A DNA stretch of 64,000 bases from positions 1,916 to 65,915 of the forward strand of contig JACJXS010000011.1 in assembly GCA_020636545.1 (NCBI GenBank), in the 5' to 3' direction. A program made the translations under genes and the position numbers. The notes beneath the pieces were generated by a model, which saw nothing but the letters and a program-made list of their open reading frames with translations, was not told where the DNA came from and searched no databases. Source of the stretch: Chitinophagales bacterium. GTDB taxonomy: Bacteria; Bacteroidota; Bacteroidia; Chitinophagales; JADIYW01. Positions 7,704 through 18,464 of the stretch are shown in pieces (the first letter of the stretch is position 1; each line of letters begins with the position of its first letter).

Positions 7704-9463
7704 TTATTTCACAGTTACTTTTTTAGTAAATACATTTTGGTCATTTTTGAAAGTGATTAAGTAATTACCACTTGCTATATTTTTCAAATCTAATTCTAAT
7801 TTATTATTACCACCTTTCAATTCATATTGTTTTGAATTATTCATATTCTGTCCAATGGCATTATATAATTCAGTTTTCAAATAAGCATCTTGGGAAGTAT
7901 AAACATCAAAATAGGAAGTTCCATTAGAAGGATTAGGATATATTTCTGAAATTGTAAAATTAGAATTTGGAATTAACTTCGCTTTTACAATCGGACTATA
8001 TTTAAACTTATTATCAAAATCTATTTGTTTTAATCTATATAAATAGGTAATGCCACCAAAAACATTGCGGTCATCGTAAGTATAAATATTTTCCGTAATA
8101 GCATTTCCAGCACCAGCTACAAAATCTAATTTATCAAAAGTCATTCCATCAAGTGAACGTTGAACCTCAAAACCGGCATTATTAATTTCTGATGCTGTAA
8201 CCCATTTCACTTGAATATATTCATTATTAATTGGTTTTGCATCAATACTCAATAATTCAATAGGTAGAGTTGTATTAGAATTATTAGAAGTTCCATGTAT
8301 TCTAAAACTAGAAAATGAATTTTGGTTACTTAGTGAAATATCTGTAGCTTTAGTTGTAGAAGCTATTCCACAATAACCATATCCTGTAAGATGTGCAAAC
8401 GGAAAAGGACTAAACGGACCAGAAACCCCATCGCCTCCAGGTACACCATTTTTAGCAACTATACGTAAATATTTACTTCCATAGGGTGTATTGCATGCAT
8501 TTGGCACTTGAATATAATTTGCAGTTTCTAATTTGCTTCCAGGATGTAAGTTAATAGTATAATTATAACCAGTACTAGCTCCTGCTGGCGTTACCACCCA
8601 TTCGTGTGATAAATCATAAGAACTTTCCAAAGTGTACATATCTAAAACTCCGTCAGGTCCACCTATACAATCAGGAATAGGATCTGGAGAATTTGGCACT
8701 TTGTCAGTACCTACATCACAAAACACAAAACGATGAATAGGTGCAGTAGTTGCCGGCTTAATATATCCTAATATGCTTGTTGTGCTGGAATAGTTGCTAA
8801 ATTCAAATCAAATGCTTCCATACCATCTAATGAACTAGGCTCAACGCCAATTGGAAAATAAAAATAACCCGTATTGATTTGTCTTCTTAATTTACCTTCT
8901 ATATATTTTACTGTTGCACCATTTCCAGTACTATAGCCAGTAAATTTAGCCGTTGATGGATTTTGTAAAAACAATTCGTAAGCATAAGCACTTCCATCAT
9001 TTCCATGAGAAATTGCATCAGTACGGAGAATACCACCAGTACTAGAAAACGCAAAACTACCTGAACCATTTACATTAACATTTGTATTCAAAGCGACAAC
9101 ACCAGCACTTTTATTAATATCCATATCATAAAATTGATTTTGGTTAGATGCTGTGCCATTCCAAGTACCCTTAATTAGATGATTAGAAGTTCCAACAAAA
9201 CGCTCAATTCCAGTGGAAGTATAATGATTGGAAGATGGAGTATTAGTCCAATCACCAGTAATTTCAATTAAACTTGTAGTATTGGTAAACGCTCCATCAT
9301 TGTTGATAATTTCTCCGTTTACATAGAGCGTTGGAACAGTAGCATTAATTTTATCATTCAATTTTACAATAGCTCCATTGATATAAAACTCATTTGCTGC
9401 AAAACTTGTATGTAAAAACAAACAAGAAAGCAAGAAGATTAAAGGTTTGTAAAGTTTTTTCAT
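7704..9463 (-). pseudogene. T9SS-secreted protein split by a frameshift near 8765-8810 (or a sequencing error)
   Basis: The upstream ORF (8768..9463) has a signal peptide but no sorting domain. The downstream ORF (7704..8726) has a T9SS C-terminal sorting domain (IYPNPSNGTSYFDV...KKVTVK) but no signal peptide. The downstream frame is open upstream to ~8810. Confidence 0.6.
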
Positions 9464-9542
9464 AACAATTAATTAAATTATGAGCTAAATATAATTAATT
9501 ATTTTGATAAGTGTCAAATAAATTTCAAAAAAATTATTATTT

Positions 9543-10047
9543 GAGAGATGAGATTTGAGAATCAAGAGCCAAGACTTTATTGTAGTATTAAGTAGTGAGT
9601 ATTAAGTATTGAGAAATTAATTCATTCATTACTACATTATTTAATTATTTCATTATAAAAATCCTACCAATCCCAAAATCCTATAAATCCTGATTCAGAC
9701 AATTAATTTGAGTAGAAAGTAGTGAGTAGTGAGAAATTCATTACTACATTACTTTATTATTACATTACTTCATTAATTCATTATAAAAATCCTGCCAATC
9801 CCAAAATCCTATAAATCCTGATTCAGACAATTAATTTGAGTAGAAAGTTGTGAGTAGTGAGTAGTGAGAAATTAATTATTTCATTACTACATTAATCTTT
9901 GTGAACTCTGTGTAAAAACTTTGTGTACTTTGTGGTTAAAAAAATGAGTATTAAGTATTAAGTATTGAGAAATTCATGATTACATTACTTTATTATTACA
10001 TTACTTCATTATTTAATTATTTCATTATAAAAATCCTGATTCAGACA
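9543..10047. repeat. modular heptamer-repeat element, locus 4 (includes a 128-bp tandem unit)
   Basis: cattataaaaatcctRccaatcccaaaatcctataaatcctgattcagacaattaatttgagtagaaagt recurs at 9651 and 9779. A deleted variant (aaaaatcctgattcagaca) lies at ~10024. One ctttgtgaactctgtgtaaaaactttgtgtactttgtggttaaa module lies at ~9897. Confidence 0.9.
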
Positions 10048-10308
10048 AAAAAAACACCTACTTATAGGTTATCCACTATATTTACATTGTTATTCACAAT
10101 ATATGTGCATAATAATCAGTAGGGTGTACAAAAACATAATCTTAAAAAATAGCAAAATTGTATGATTTAATGTAATTTTGAATATATTATTAAATACATT
10201 TATTATTCTTTATAACTTAGATTTATGAATATATTCTACACTGTTTTTGATATTCCCAAAACACACATAATGAGCCAACGCAAGCGCCTAGTCAACAAAT
10301 GTTCAGCC

Positions 10309-13300
10309 ATGCTAAAAAATTATGTAATTTATACAAGCTTAGTTTTGTGTTTTTTTATAAGTGGTAATACTTTTGGGCAAAACAAATACAAACTAATTAC
10401 TTCAACATCTGACTTAGTTGCAGGAGATAAGTATATAATTTCTTCAGCACAATCAGATACTTCCGCACAAGTTTTAGGGTATCAAAATACAAATAATAGA
10501 CCACAAGTTACAACTACTGGTGGAGCACCATTTACTGTATCTAGCAGTATAATCACACTCTCTCCAGCAACTGCTAACACTAATACAAATAATCCTTATG
10601 AAATTACGATAGAACAAGGTTCTGATGCAACACACTATTATTTAAAAGACCCTTTACAAACCAACTCATATCTTGTGCCTGCAACAGGAAGCAATAATAA
10701 TAATAATTTAAAAGGTAAAACAGCCCCAGGAGTTAGCGATTGGACTATAACTTTCTCAAGCAATGCTGCGGTTATAACTAATACAGGAGATCCTAATACA
10801 AACGGAAGAAATATCCTAAGATATAATTCAGGTTCTAGTTTATTCAGTTGCTATTCCACTGGACAAGCCGCTGTATATTTATTTCGTAAAGTATTTACAA
10901 TTACCTACGACGGCAATGGTAGTGATGGAGGAACTGTACCAACAGATGCTAGTAGTCCTTATTTTTCTGGCTCTACTGTAACTGTTTTAGGTGCAGGTAC
11001 AATGACAAAAACAGGCAATACTTTTGCCGGATGGGATAGCGACAATGACGGTACTGCAAATTTTACAGGTTCTGGTAGCAAAACATTTAGTATTTCTGCT
11101 AATACTACATTAAAAGCGGTATGGACGCCTAGTGGTTGCACTACACAAACTATAAATCCTATTGCATCATCCGTTACTAAAACGTATGGGGATGTTGCTT
11201 ATAGCGTTGCTACTACTGCTACTTCTAGTTTAACAGTTACCTACTCCAGCAGCAATACAAGTGTGGCTACAGTAGATGCAAGTGGTAACGTAACAATAGT
11301 AGGTGCTGGTACTGCTACCATTACTGCGGCTCAAGCTGGTAATAGTTCATACTGTGCTGCAACATCGCTTACACAGGCATTAACTGTAAATAAAAAAAAC
11401 TTAACAATTACTGGGCTTACTGCCAACGATAAACTATATGACGGAACTACAACGACTACTCTAAATGGTACAGCAACATTAAATGGGGTATTAGCAGGCG
11501 ATGCATCCAATGTTAGCCTTGGCGGAGCTCCTAGTGTCAATTTTAACGATGCAACAATGGCATGCTCTAAGACTGTTACTGTTTCCGGTTACACTATTTC
11601 TGGTTCTGCATCGAGTAATTATTCGCTAACGCAACCATCAGGCTTTACGGCCTGTATAAATGGGATAAGCACTAATAACTCAACTACATTAGGGCCATTT
11701 TGTAATTTTACCAGTAATACTATTGCATTGCCCTACACTGTGGTCGGTTCATTTGCAGGTCAGTATGATATACAAATTTCAAATAGTTCAGGTACTTTCC
11801 CTACAAATGCAACAACACAACTATTAACCTATGTATCCAACTCTGGAGGTATAGTAACAGCTACCTTGCCAGCATCTTATACCACAGGTACAAAATATAG
11901 AGTTAGGGTTGTAAACAGCTCTCCCGCTTTTTATTTATCGGGGAATAATGGCAGCGATTTTACCATTACAGCTGTAGCCACCCCAACGCTAAGTATCACA
12001 TCTTCTCCTGCAGCGGTAGCTGGTACTACTACCATTTGTAGTGGCACGAATGTTACGTTTACAGCCACACCTGCTAGTGTAGGTGGTGGTACAGTATCTT
12101 ATCAATGGAAACTGAATGGCACTAACGTTGGAACAAATAGCAATTCATATAGCAACAATACATTGGCAACTGGCAATACCATAACTTGCGACATTACCAT
12201 AACTGGCGGTTGTGTTACAGCCACCTCTGCCAGCAGCAATACCATTACTATGGCGGTAAATACAACACCCACAAATGACTTGTGTAGCAATGCCGTGGGC
12301 TTAACCGCAAATGCCGCTGCAGTAGGTGGTACAATGACACCATGTGCAGGATTTGAAACGCCTTTCAGTGGTAGTAAAAAAGATGTTTGGTATAAATTTG
12401 TTGCACCTTGTACTGCCGATTATACCATTATCCTTACGGGTTTTACAGGTGATATGGATATGGCATTATTTTACAATAGCAATAGTTGCCCATCATCTAC
12501 TACTACAATAGCAAGCTCAACGACAAGCACTTCCACCGAAACAATAACCCAAGCACTTACGAGTGGCAATACATATTACATTCGTGTTTATGCATTTAAT
12601 ACTACAGCAGAATCGTCAAGTTTCACTATACAGGCTACAGGTATTACTTCCGTTCCAGCACAACCCGACCCAATAGTGGGCGAAACTTCTGTGTGTCCTG
12701 GCTCAAGCCAAACATATACGACCAATCCCGTTGCCGATGCCACCAGCTATACATGGTCAATACCTTCCGGCTGGAATATTACTGCAGGTGCAGGTACTAC
12801 TTCTATTACTGTAACTACTGGCATCAGTGGCGGTACGGTTTCTGTTACCGCCGACAACGGTTGCGGCAGTAGCACCGCCAGAAACTTAGCTGTGAGTATG
12901 TTGGCAATACCTTCTACCCCAACGGCTACGGCAGGTACTGCCATTACGGGTGCTTCTTTTACGGCAAACTGGAACAGCGTTGGTGGCATTACAGACTATA
13001 GTGTAGATGTATATACCTATAGTGCCAATCAAAATATGGCGGTATGGACATTTCCAACAAGTGGTGCAACTACTACCGCAGATATTTATAATGCTAATAA
13101 TAATGGAAAAACAATTACACGACAAGGTGGTGGATCGATAACGGATGTTTCAGGTGCAACCACAAAAGCTGCGAATGGTAATGGTGGCTGGGATGGTGGT
13201 AGTGGCTCTAAATACTGGCAAATAATAATTGACGCTACGGATAGTAAAAATCTTACCTTATCTTCTAAACAATATTCTTCAAATACAGGTCCGAGGGATT

Positions 13301-16300
13301 GGAAAGTACAATATAAAATAGGCAGTAGTGGAACTTGGACAGATATTACAAGTGGAAATATAACAGTTGCTAATAATTTTACAACAGGTGTATTAACCAA
13401 TTTAGCACTACCATCGGCTTGCGATTTCCAACCCGAATTATATATCCGTTGGATAATGACTTCAAATACCCAAGCAGATGGCGGAGGTTCTGTAGCATCT
13501 GGCGGTACAAGTAGAATAGATGACATATATGTAAATGGAGATATGTTTTCTTACGTACCGGGATATGAAAATATTATTACTAGCGGTACTTCCTTAGCCG
13601 TTACTGGTCTCTCTCCTAATACCGATTATTATTATGTAGTAAGAGCAGATAATGGGAATTGTGTATCTCCCAATTCTAATGATATAAAAGTAACTACTTC
13701 TTCGTGTGTATCTGCTACTCATACTGTTACATCTATTATGCCAAACACAGGTCCAGTTGGCACTAGAGTATTAATACGAGGAACAGGCTTTACCAGCATT
13801 ACCGATGTGCAAATTGGTGGCATATCTTTTACAGATTATACCATTGTGGATAATACCACTATTATTGCTAGGATACCAGATGGTGCTACTACCTCAACAA
13901 TTGATGTATTTAATAACGGTTGCCCAAAATCATCTGGCACTTTTACGCTTTTGAGCAGCGTAGGGTTATGTGGAGGAGCTGCATCTGCAACTCCTACCGA
14001 TTTATTGATTTCTGAAGTATATGATTCTGAAACAGGTAGCCGAGGATATATTGAATTGTATAATGGAACGGCATCTACCATTAATTTAGCTAATTATAAA
14101 ATAAAAATATCTACTGGAGCAACTAATTGGGTAAGTTTAAGCGGCTCATTAGCTCCTAATAAATTTGCTATTGTAAAAATTGGTAGCACTGGCACTGATT
14201 GTGGTACTTCTATTACAACTTCAGGAACATTAGTGATAGACCGAAATTCTTCAAGTGGGTATAATGAAAATGACCCAATTGAATTGTATAAAGGAAATAC
14301 TACGAAAATAGATAGAATGGTAACTCCAAATGAAAAAGGATTTAATATGGAGAGAAATACCTTAACTGACGCACCTTCTACTACCTTTACTTCGGCAAAC
14401 TGGACAAAAAATAGCACAGAAACATGCAGCACCTTGGGTTATGCTTCTTTTGCTACAGCACCATTATTGGTTATAAATACCAGTGCCACCGATTGGACGA
14501 CTTGCCCCGGCACAGTACAATTTACCGTATCAGCTACCGCAACACCAGCACCCATATCGTCATATACTTGGTATTACAACGATTTTAATTTGATGAATGG
14601 GTGGCAATTAGTAAGTGGAAATATTACAGGTGCAACAGGCACCAACACGGCAACGCTTACCTTACCTGCAGATTTTGCACCTTTGTATAATTATCAATTT
14701 TATTGTGATATAAATAAAACAAATAGCGGTAATTCTTGTACTAAAGCCACTAATGCTGCCTATTTTACTTATCCTACAGCACCCTATTACAGAACAAAAG
14801 CAAGTACTACAAATGGTAGTTGGACTACAGCCAATGAATGGGAAATGACTACTGATATTAACTTTGTAAGCCCTGCACCTATAACAGCATGTGCTTATCC
14901 ACTCTCAGTTAACTCATCAGCTGCATTTATACAAAACGGTACTAAAACCACTATTGGCGATGGTGTTTCAAGTTATGTAATTGATATTGATAAAATAACG
15001 ATTGACGGTACATTAGAACTTCATAAAAAATCTTCCTTATTTGTTTATGATAGTACTGCTGGAGCCGATATGATAGTTAATGGAACATTGATAGACAGAG
15101 GGAGTTCTAGCAATGGTATTGCTTTTACGGGTGCATCTTATCTTTCTGGTTCAGGCTGGACTATGGGTAGTGCGGCTACTGTAATAAAAACCAATAATGC
15201 CTCTGTAGATGAATACAAAACACACTATCAAGATGGCATTAGCACCATACCAGATGGCAGTGCTGGTGCAAATTGGATATATCAATACAATGGAGATGGT
15301 AATCCAAGCGTAAATGCCATCGGTATGTTTTATCCTAATTTAATATTTGAAAATACAACGGGTGCTGCATATAGTTTTATTACATCAACATCTTTATTAA
15401 AAGGTGGTTCTGATTATTGTACTGTAAAAGGCAACTTCAACATTGGTACCACTGGTACAAATCCTGTTACAGTTTATAACAATAACTTCAATACACAAGC
15501 AATGAAGGTGCTGGGTAACTTATCTATAGGTACTGGTTCTATTTTATCAAATGCTTCTTATGATGGGAACACTTCAGTAAATCACGGACATGGAACTGGC
15601 ATTGAGCTATCAGGGAATTTAACAAATGATGGAACCTTTACAAATAACTCTAATAGTATAGGAATTTTGAGATTTAAAGGGACTGGGACACAAATAGTTT
15701 CGGGTGCAGGTACATTCAACTTATACAATGTTGAACTTGATAAACCATCGCAAACATTGGTAGATCAACAAGTAAATTTAACTGCCCAAAATAATTTGAA
15801 TTTTAATGCAGGTGGTATTTTAAAAACTAATTCTAATGTCTTTTCGGTAAACAATGGAAGTATTACAAATGCAGTTACCGGGCATGATGCTCCTTATACT
15901 GGATTGGCATCACCTACATATTCAAACGACAAATATATATTTGGCAGATTAGAACGTATGGTCAATACCAACGGCATTTACGATTTCCCAGTGGGTGATG
16001 CCGTTGCTGGTGAAGGCTATAACCCAATTCGTTTTGAAAGAATAAGCGGAACCGGAAATGCAACAGCATGGTTTATTCCTGGAGACCCAGGGTCTATAAA
16101 TGTTGGTCCTGTTAGTGTATCTTGTACTAGAGATAATTTTTATCATTTTACAGATATGACTGGCGAGGGAAAATGGCGAATGAGTGGAGCATCTTTTAAT
16201 TATAATATTTATTTGCACCCTAATCAAAACAACAATAATGTGCATCCAAATGAATTAGGCACCAATTATCCATATTTCTATAGAAATAATTATCGTACCC

Positions 16301-16995
16301 TAAAAGCAACAGATGGTACCACAGACTGGACGCCATTTGCTGGTGATGGTAATATTTGTGTCGTTGGCTCATATTATAATTGCCCTGGTACAAATTTTAG
16401 CGGATTTTCCGACTTCGCTATTCCTGGTGGCGACGGATTATCTACGGCATTACCTATTGAATTGGTTTCTTTCACTGCGAAATGTATTGAAAATGAAAAA
16501 GTGCAACTCCATTGGATTACTGCTTCTGAAAGAAATTCGGCAAACTTCATTATAGAAAAATCTTTAGATGCTATTCATTTTTATCCAATTGGAACAGTTC
16601 AGGCTGCAGGAAATTCTATTTCTGAATTACATTATCAATTTATAGATGAATTACCAAATGATAAAGCATATTATAGATTAAAGCAAATAGATTTAGACAA
16701 CAAAGAAAACATTCATCCTGTTATTTATACAAAATGCGGTTTGACTATAAACGGCATTCAAGTTTATTATGCAGGAAATAATCAGATTCATGCAGATATT
16801 CAAACCAATAAAACAGAAGATTATATATTCAATCTATATCAAACAGATGGTAAATTGATTTTTCATCATTCAAAAGTAATATTGGAAGGCAAGAGCAAAG
16901 TTATTCTTTCTCATAATCAATTAGCAAAAGGTATTTATCTTTTGCAAGTAATAAATGGCGAGAATATGCAAACAAAAAAGATAGTTGTAGATTAG
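10309..16995 (+). CDS. giant multidomain T9SS-secreted surface protein (adhesin-like)
   Basis: Signal peptide MLKNYVIYTSLVLCFFISGNTFGQ at the ATG at 10309 (track start 10225). Recognisable modules: Listeria-Bacteroides repeat (TITYDGNGSDGGTVP...FAGW), Big_2-like (SSNTSVATVDASGNVTIVGAGTATITA), YDG-type repeat, PKD-like, pre-peptidase-C-like and FN3-like. Also IPT/TIG (TGPVGTRVLIRGTGF), a lamin-tail-like domain (LLISEVYDSETGSRGYIELYN) and a C-terminal T9SS sorting domain. Confidence 0.85.
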   Translation: MLKNYVIYTSLVLCFFISGNTFGQNKYKLITSTSDLVAGDKYIISSAQSDTSAQVLGYQNTNNRPQVTTTGGAPFTVSSSIITLSPATANTNTNNPYEITIEQGSDATHYYLKDPLQTNSYLVPATGSNNNNNLKGKTAPGVSDWTITFSSNAAVITNTGDPNTNGRNILRYNSGSSLFSCYSTGQAAVYLFRKVFTITYDGNGSDGGTVPTDASSPYFSGSTVTVLGAGTMTKTGNTFAGWDSDNDGTANFTGSGSKTFSISANTTLKAVWTPSGCTTQTINPIASSVTKTYGDVAYSVATTATSSLTVTYSSSNTSVATVDASGNVTIVGAGTATITAAQAGNSSYCAATSLTQALTVNKKNLTITGLTANDKLYDGTTTTTLNGTATLNGVLAGDASNVSLGGAPSVNFNDATMACSKTVTVSGYTISGSASSNYSLTQPSGFTACINGISTNNSTTLGPFCNFTSNTIALPYTVVGSFAGQYDIQISNSSGTFPTNATTQLLTYVSNSGGIVTATLPASYTTGTKYRVRVVNSSPAFYLSGNNGSDFTITAVATPTLSITSSPAAVAGTTTICSGTNVTFTATPASVGGGTVSYQWKLNGTNVGTNSNSYSNNTLATGNTITCDITITGGCVTATSASSNTITMAVNTTPTNDLCSNAVGLTANAAAVGGTMTPCAGFETPFSGSKKDVWYKFVAPCTADYTIILTGFTGDMDMALFYNSNSCPSSTTTIASSTTSTSTETITQALTSGNTYYIRVYAFNTTAESSSFTIQATGITSVPAQPDPIVGETSVCPGSSQTYTTNPVADATSYTWSIPSGWNITAGAGTTSITVTTGISGGTVSVTADNGCGSSTARNLAVSMLAIPSTPTATAGTAITGASFTANWNSVGGITDYSVDVYTYSANQNMAVWTFPTSGATTTADIYNANNNGKTITRQGGGSITDVSGATTKAANGNGGWDGGSGSKYWQIIIDATDSKNLTLSSKQYSSNTGPRDWKVQYKIGSSGTWTDITSGNITVANNFTTGVLTNLALPSACDFQPELYIRWIMTSNTQADGGGSVASGGTSRIDDIYVNGDMFSYVPGYENIITSGTSLAVTGLSPNTDYYYVVRADNGNCVSPNSNDIKVTTSSCVSATHTVTSIMPNTGPVGTRVLIRGTGFTSITDVQIGGISFTDYTIVDNTTIIARIPDGATTSTIDVFNNGCPKSSGTFTLLSSVGLCGGAASATPTDLLISEVYDSETGSRGYIELYNGTASTINLANYKIKISTGATNWVSLSGSLAPNKFAIVKIGSTGTDCGTSITTSGTLVIDRNSSSGYNENDPIELYKGNTTKIDRMVTPNEKGFNMERNTLTDAPSTTFTSANWTKNSTETCSTLGYASFATAPLLVINTSATDWTTCPGTVQFTVSATATPAPISSYTWYYNDFNLMNGWQLVSGNITGATGTNTATLTLPADFAPLYNYQFYCDINKTNSGNSCTKATNAAYFTYPTAPYYRTKASTTNGSWTTANEWEMTTDINFVSPAPITACAYPLSVNSSAAFIQNGTKTTIGDGVSSYVIDIDKITIDGTLELHKKSSLFVYDSTAGADMIVNGTLIDRGSSSNGIAFTGASYLSGSGWTMGSAATVIKTNNASVDEYKTHYQDGISTIPDGSAGANWIYQYNGDGNPSVNAIGMFYPNLIFENTTGAAYSFITSTSLLKGGSDYCTVKGNFNIGTTGTNPVTVYNNNFNTQAMKVLGNLSIGTGSILSNASYDGNTSVNHGHGTGIELSGNLTNDGTFTNNSNSIGILRFKGTGTQIVSGAGTFNLYNVELDKPSQTLVDQQVNLTAQNNLNFNAGGILKTNSNVFSVNNGSITNAVTGHDAPYTGLASPTYSNDKYIFGRLERMVNTNGIYDFPVGDAVAGEGYNPIRFERISGTGNATAWFIPGDPGSINVGPVSVSCTRDNFYHFTDMTGEGKWRMSGASFNYNIYLHPNQNNNNVHPNELGTNYPYFYRNNYRTLKATDGTTDWTPFAGDGNICVVGSYYNCPGTNFSGFSDFAIPGGDGLSTALPIELVSFTAKCIENEKVQLHWITASERNSANFIIEKSLDAIHFYPIGTVQAAGNSISELHYQFIDELPNDKAYYRLKQIDLDNKENIHPVIYTKCGLTINGIQVYYAGNNQIHADIQTNKTEDYIFNLYQTDGKLIFHHSKVILEGKSKVILSHNQLAKGIYLLQVINGENMQTKKIVVD

Positions 16996-17047
16996 AAGAA
17001 AATCACAAAATACATTCTAATATTTTTTACGACTTTAGTAAATATGT

Positions 17048-17055
17048 TATATTTG
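17048..17055 (+). promoter_or_regulatory. Bacteroidota -7 promoter box TAnnTTTG (tatatttg) upstream of lpxA
   Basis: Exact match to the consensus, ending 5 nt before the lpxA ATG. Confidence 0.45.
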
Positions 17056-17060
17056 TAGGA

Positions 17061-17825
17061 ATGAAGGACATACACCCAAATGCACAAATTGGAAAAGACA
17101 CTCTAATTAGTAGTTTTACTACTATTTGCGACGATGTGATAATTGGGGATAATTGTTGGATAGGTGCTAATGTTACCATTTTTTCAGGTGTTAGAATTGG
17201 TAATAATTGTAAAATTTTTCCAGGTGCTGTAATCGGTGCAGAACCACAAGATTTAAAATTTAATGGCGAATATTCTACTGTTGAGATTGGTGATTATGTT
17301 ACAATTCGGGAGTGTGCAACCATCAATAGAGGAACAGCTGCATTAGGAACTACAAAAGTAGGCGACCATTGTTTGATTATGGCTTATGTTCATATTGCTC
17401 ACGATTGTATTATTGGCGATAATTGTATTTTAGCAAATTCTACCAATCTAGCTGGACATGTAATAATAGATGACCATGTTTATTTTGGAGGTATGAGTGG
17501 CATACATCAATTTGTTAGAATTGGAAGACATGCTTTTATCTCTGGTGGTACGATGCTAGGAAAAGATGTGCCACCCTATTGTATGGTAATTGGTTCACCA
17601 CCTCAATATGCAGGAATTAATACGATTGGTTTAAAACGGCATCAATTTGCTCAAAATGATATTCACCACATTCAAGATATATACAGAATATTATTTGGCA
17701 GTGGATTAAATACCAAACAAGCAATAGAAAAAATTAGTTCTGAGATAAAAGAAACAGAAATTAGGAATCATATTATTAATTATATTTGTCTTTCAGAACG
17801 TGGAATTATAAAAGGAATAAGATAG
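17061..17825 (+). CDS. lpxA: acyl-ACP--UDP-N-acetylglucosamine O-acyltransferase
   Basis: Left-handed beta-helix hexapeptide repeats through the N-terminal two thirds, a helical C-terminus, 254 aa. Confidence 0.85.
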   Translation: MKDIHPNAQIGKDTLISSFTTICDDVIIGDNCWIGANVTIFSGVRIGNNCKIFPGAVIGAEPQDLKFNGEYSTVEIGDYVTIRECATINRGTAALGTTKVGDHCLIMAYVHIAHDCIIGDNCILANSTNLAGHVIIDDHVYFGGMSGIHQFVRIGRHAFISGGTMLGKDVPPYCMVIGSPPQYAGINTIGLKRHQFAQNDIHHIQDIYRILFGSGLNTKQAIEKISSEIKETEIRNHIINYICLSERGIIKGIR

Positions 17826-18394
17826 TGTATTTATTTTTTGACACAGAAACAACAGGACTACCTAAAAATTGGAAAGCTCCATTAGAAGATTTAGATAATT
17901 GGCCACGATTGGTTCAATTGGCTTATATATATTATGATAGAGATGGAAAGGAATTAGCAAGTGGCGATTTTATCATCAAACCCGAAGGCTTTACCATTCC
18001 TATAGAAGCATCAAATGTTCATGGCATTACTACAGAAATTGCTAACAATAAAGGACAAAATTTAGAGCAAGTATTAGAAGATTTTAATCAATTTGTTGTA
18101 GAATCACATTATCTAGTTGCTCACAACATGGCATTTGATGAAAAAATTATGGGTGCTGAGTTTTTAAGAAAAGATATTGAAAATAACATAATTTATAGAA
18201 AGAAAATTTGTACAATGTTAGCATCAAGAAATTTCTGTGCGATTGAAGGTCCTTATGGTTACAAATGGCCAAAGTTGGCAGAACTTTATTACAAACTTTT
18301 TCAAACAAATTTCGACAATGCCCATGACGCTTCGGCTGACATCTCAGCAACTGCAAAATGCTTTTGGGAACTGAGAAAAAAAGGTATAATTTAA
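17786..18394 (+). CDS. 3'-5' exonuclease, DnaQ/DEDDh family
   Basis: ExoI FFDTETTGLP, ExoII HNMAFDEKIM, ExoIII HDASADISATAKCF. An alternative GTG start at 17825 overlaps the lpxA stop by 1 nt. Confidence 0.8.
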   Translation: MSFRTWNYKRNKIVYLFFDTETTGLPKNWKAPLEDLDNWPRLVQLAYIYYDRDGKELASGDFIIKPEGFTIPIEASNVHGITTEIANNKGQNLEQVLEDFNQFVVESHYLVAHNMAFDEKIMGAEFLRKDIENNIIYRKKICTMLASRNFCAIEGPYGYKWPKLAELYYKLFQTNFDNAHDASADISATAKCFWELRKKGII

Positions 18395-18464
18395 TTCTAA
18401 TTAAAAAGCAAAAGTTTTTTCAAAATAGATTTTAGTATATTTAACTTAGTAAACTTGTGAAGTT

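Noticed and set aside
10225-10308. N-terminal extensions proposed by the ORF track (also 46784-46852 for acnB, 42197-42250 for the peptidase, 32999-33055 for DUF5989)
   Set aside because: For the giant protein and the peptidase, the downstream ATG starts a canonical signal peptide. For acnB and DUF5989, it starts the conserved family N-terminus. The extensions add non-conserved residues or overlap the preceding gene.
10959-14432. Series of 60-146-aa - strand ORFs inside the giant surface-protein gene
   Set aside because: They are antisense to a Thr/Ser/Gly/Ala-rich coding region that is poor in complementary stop codons. No start context or motifs are present, so they are shadow ORFs.
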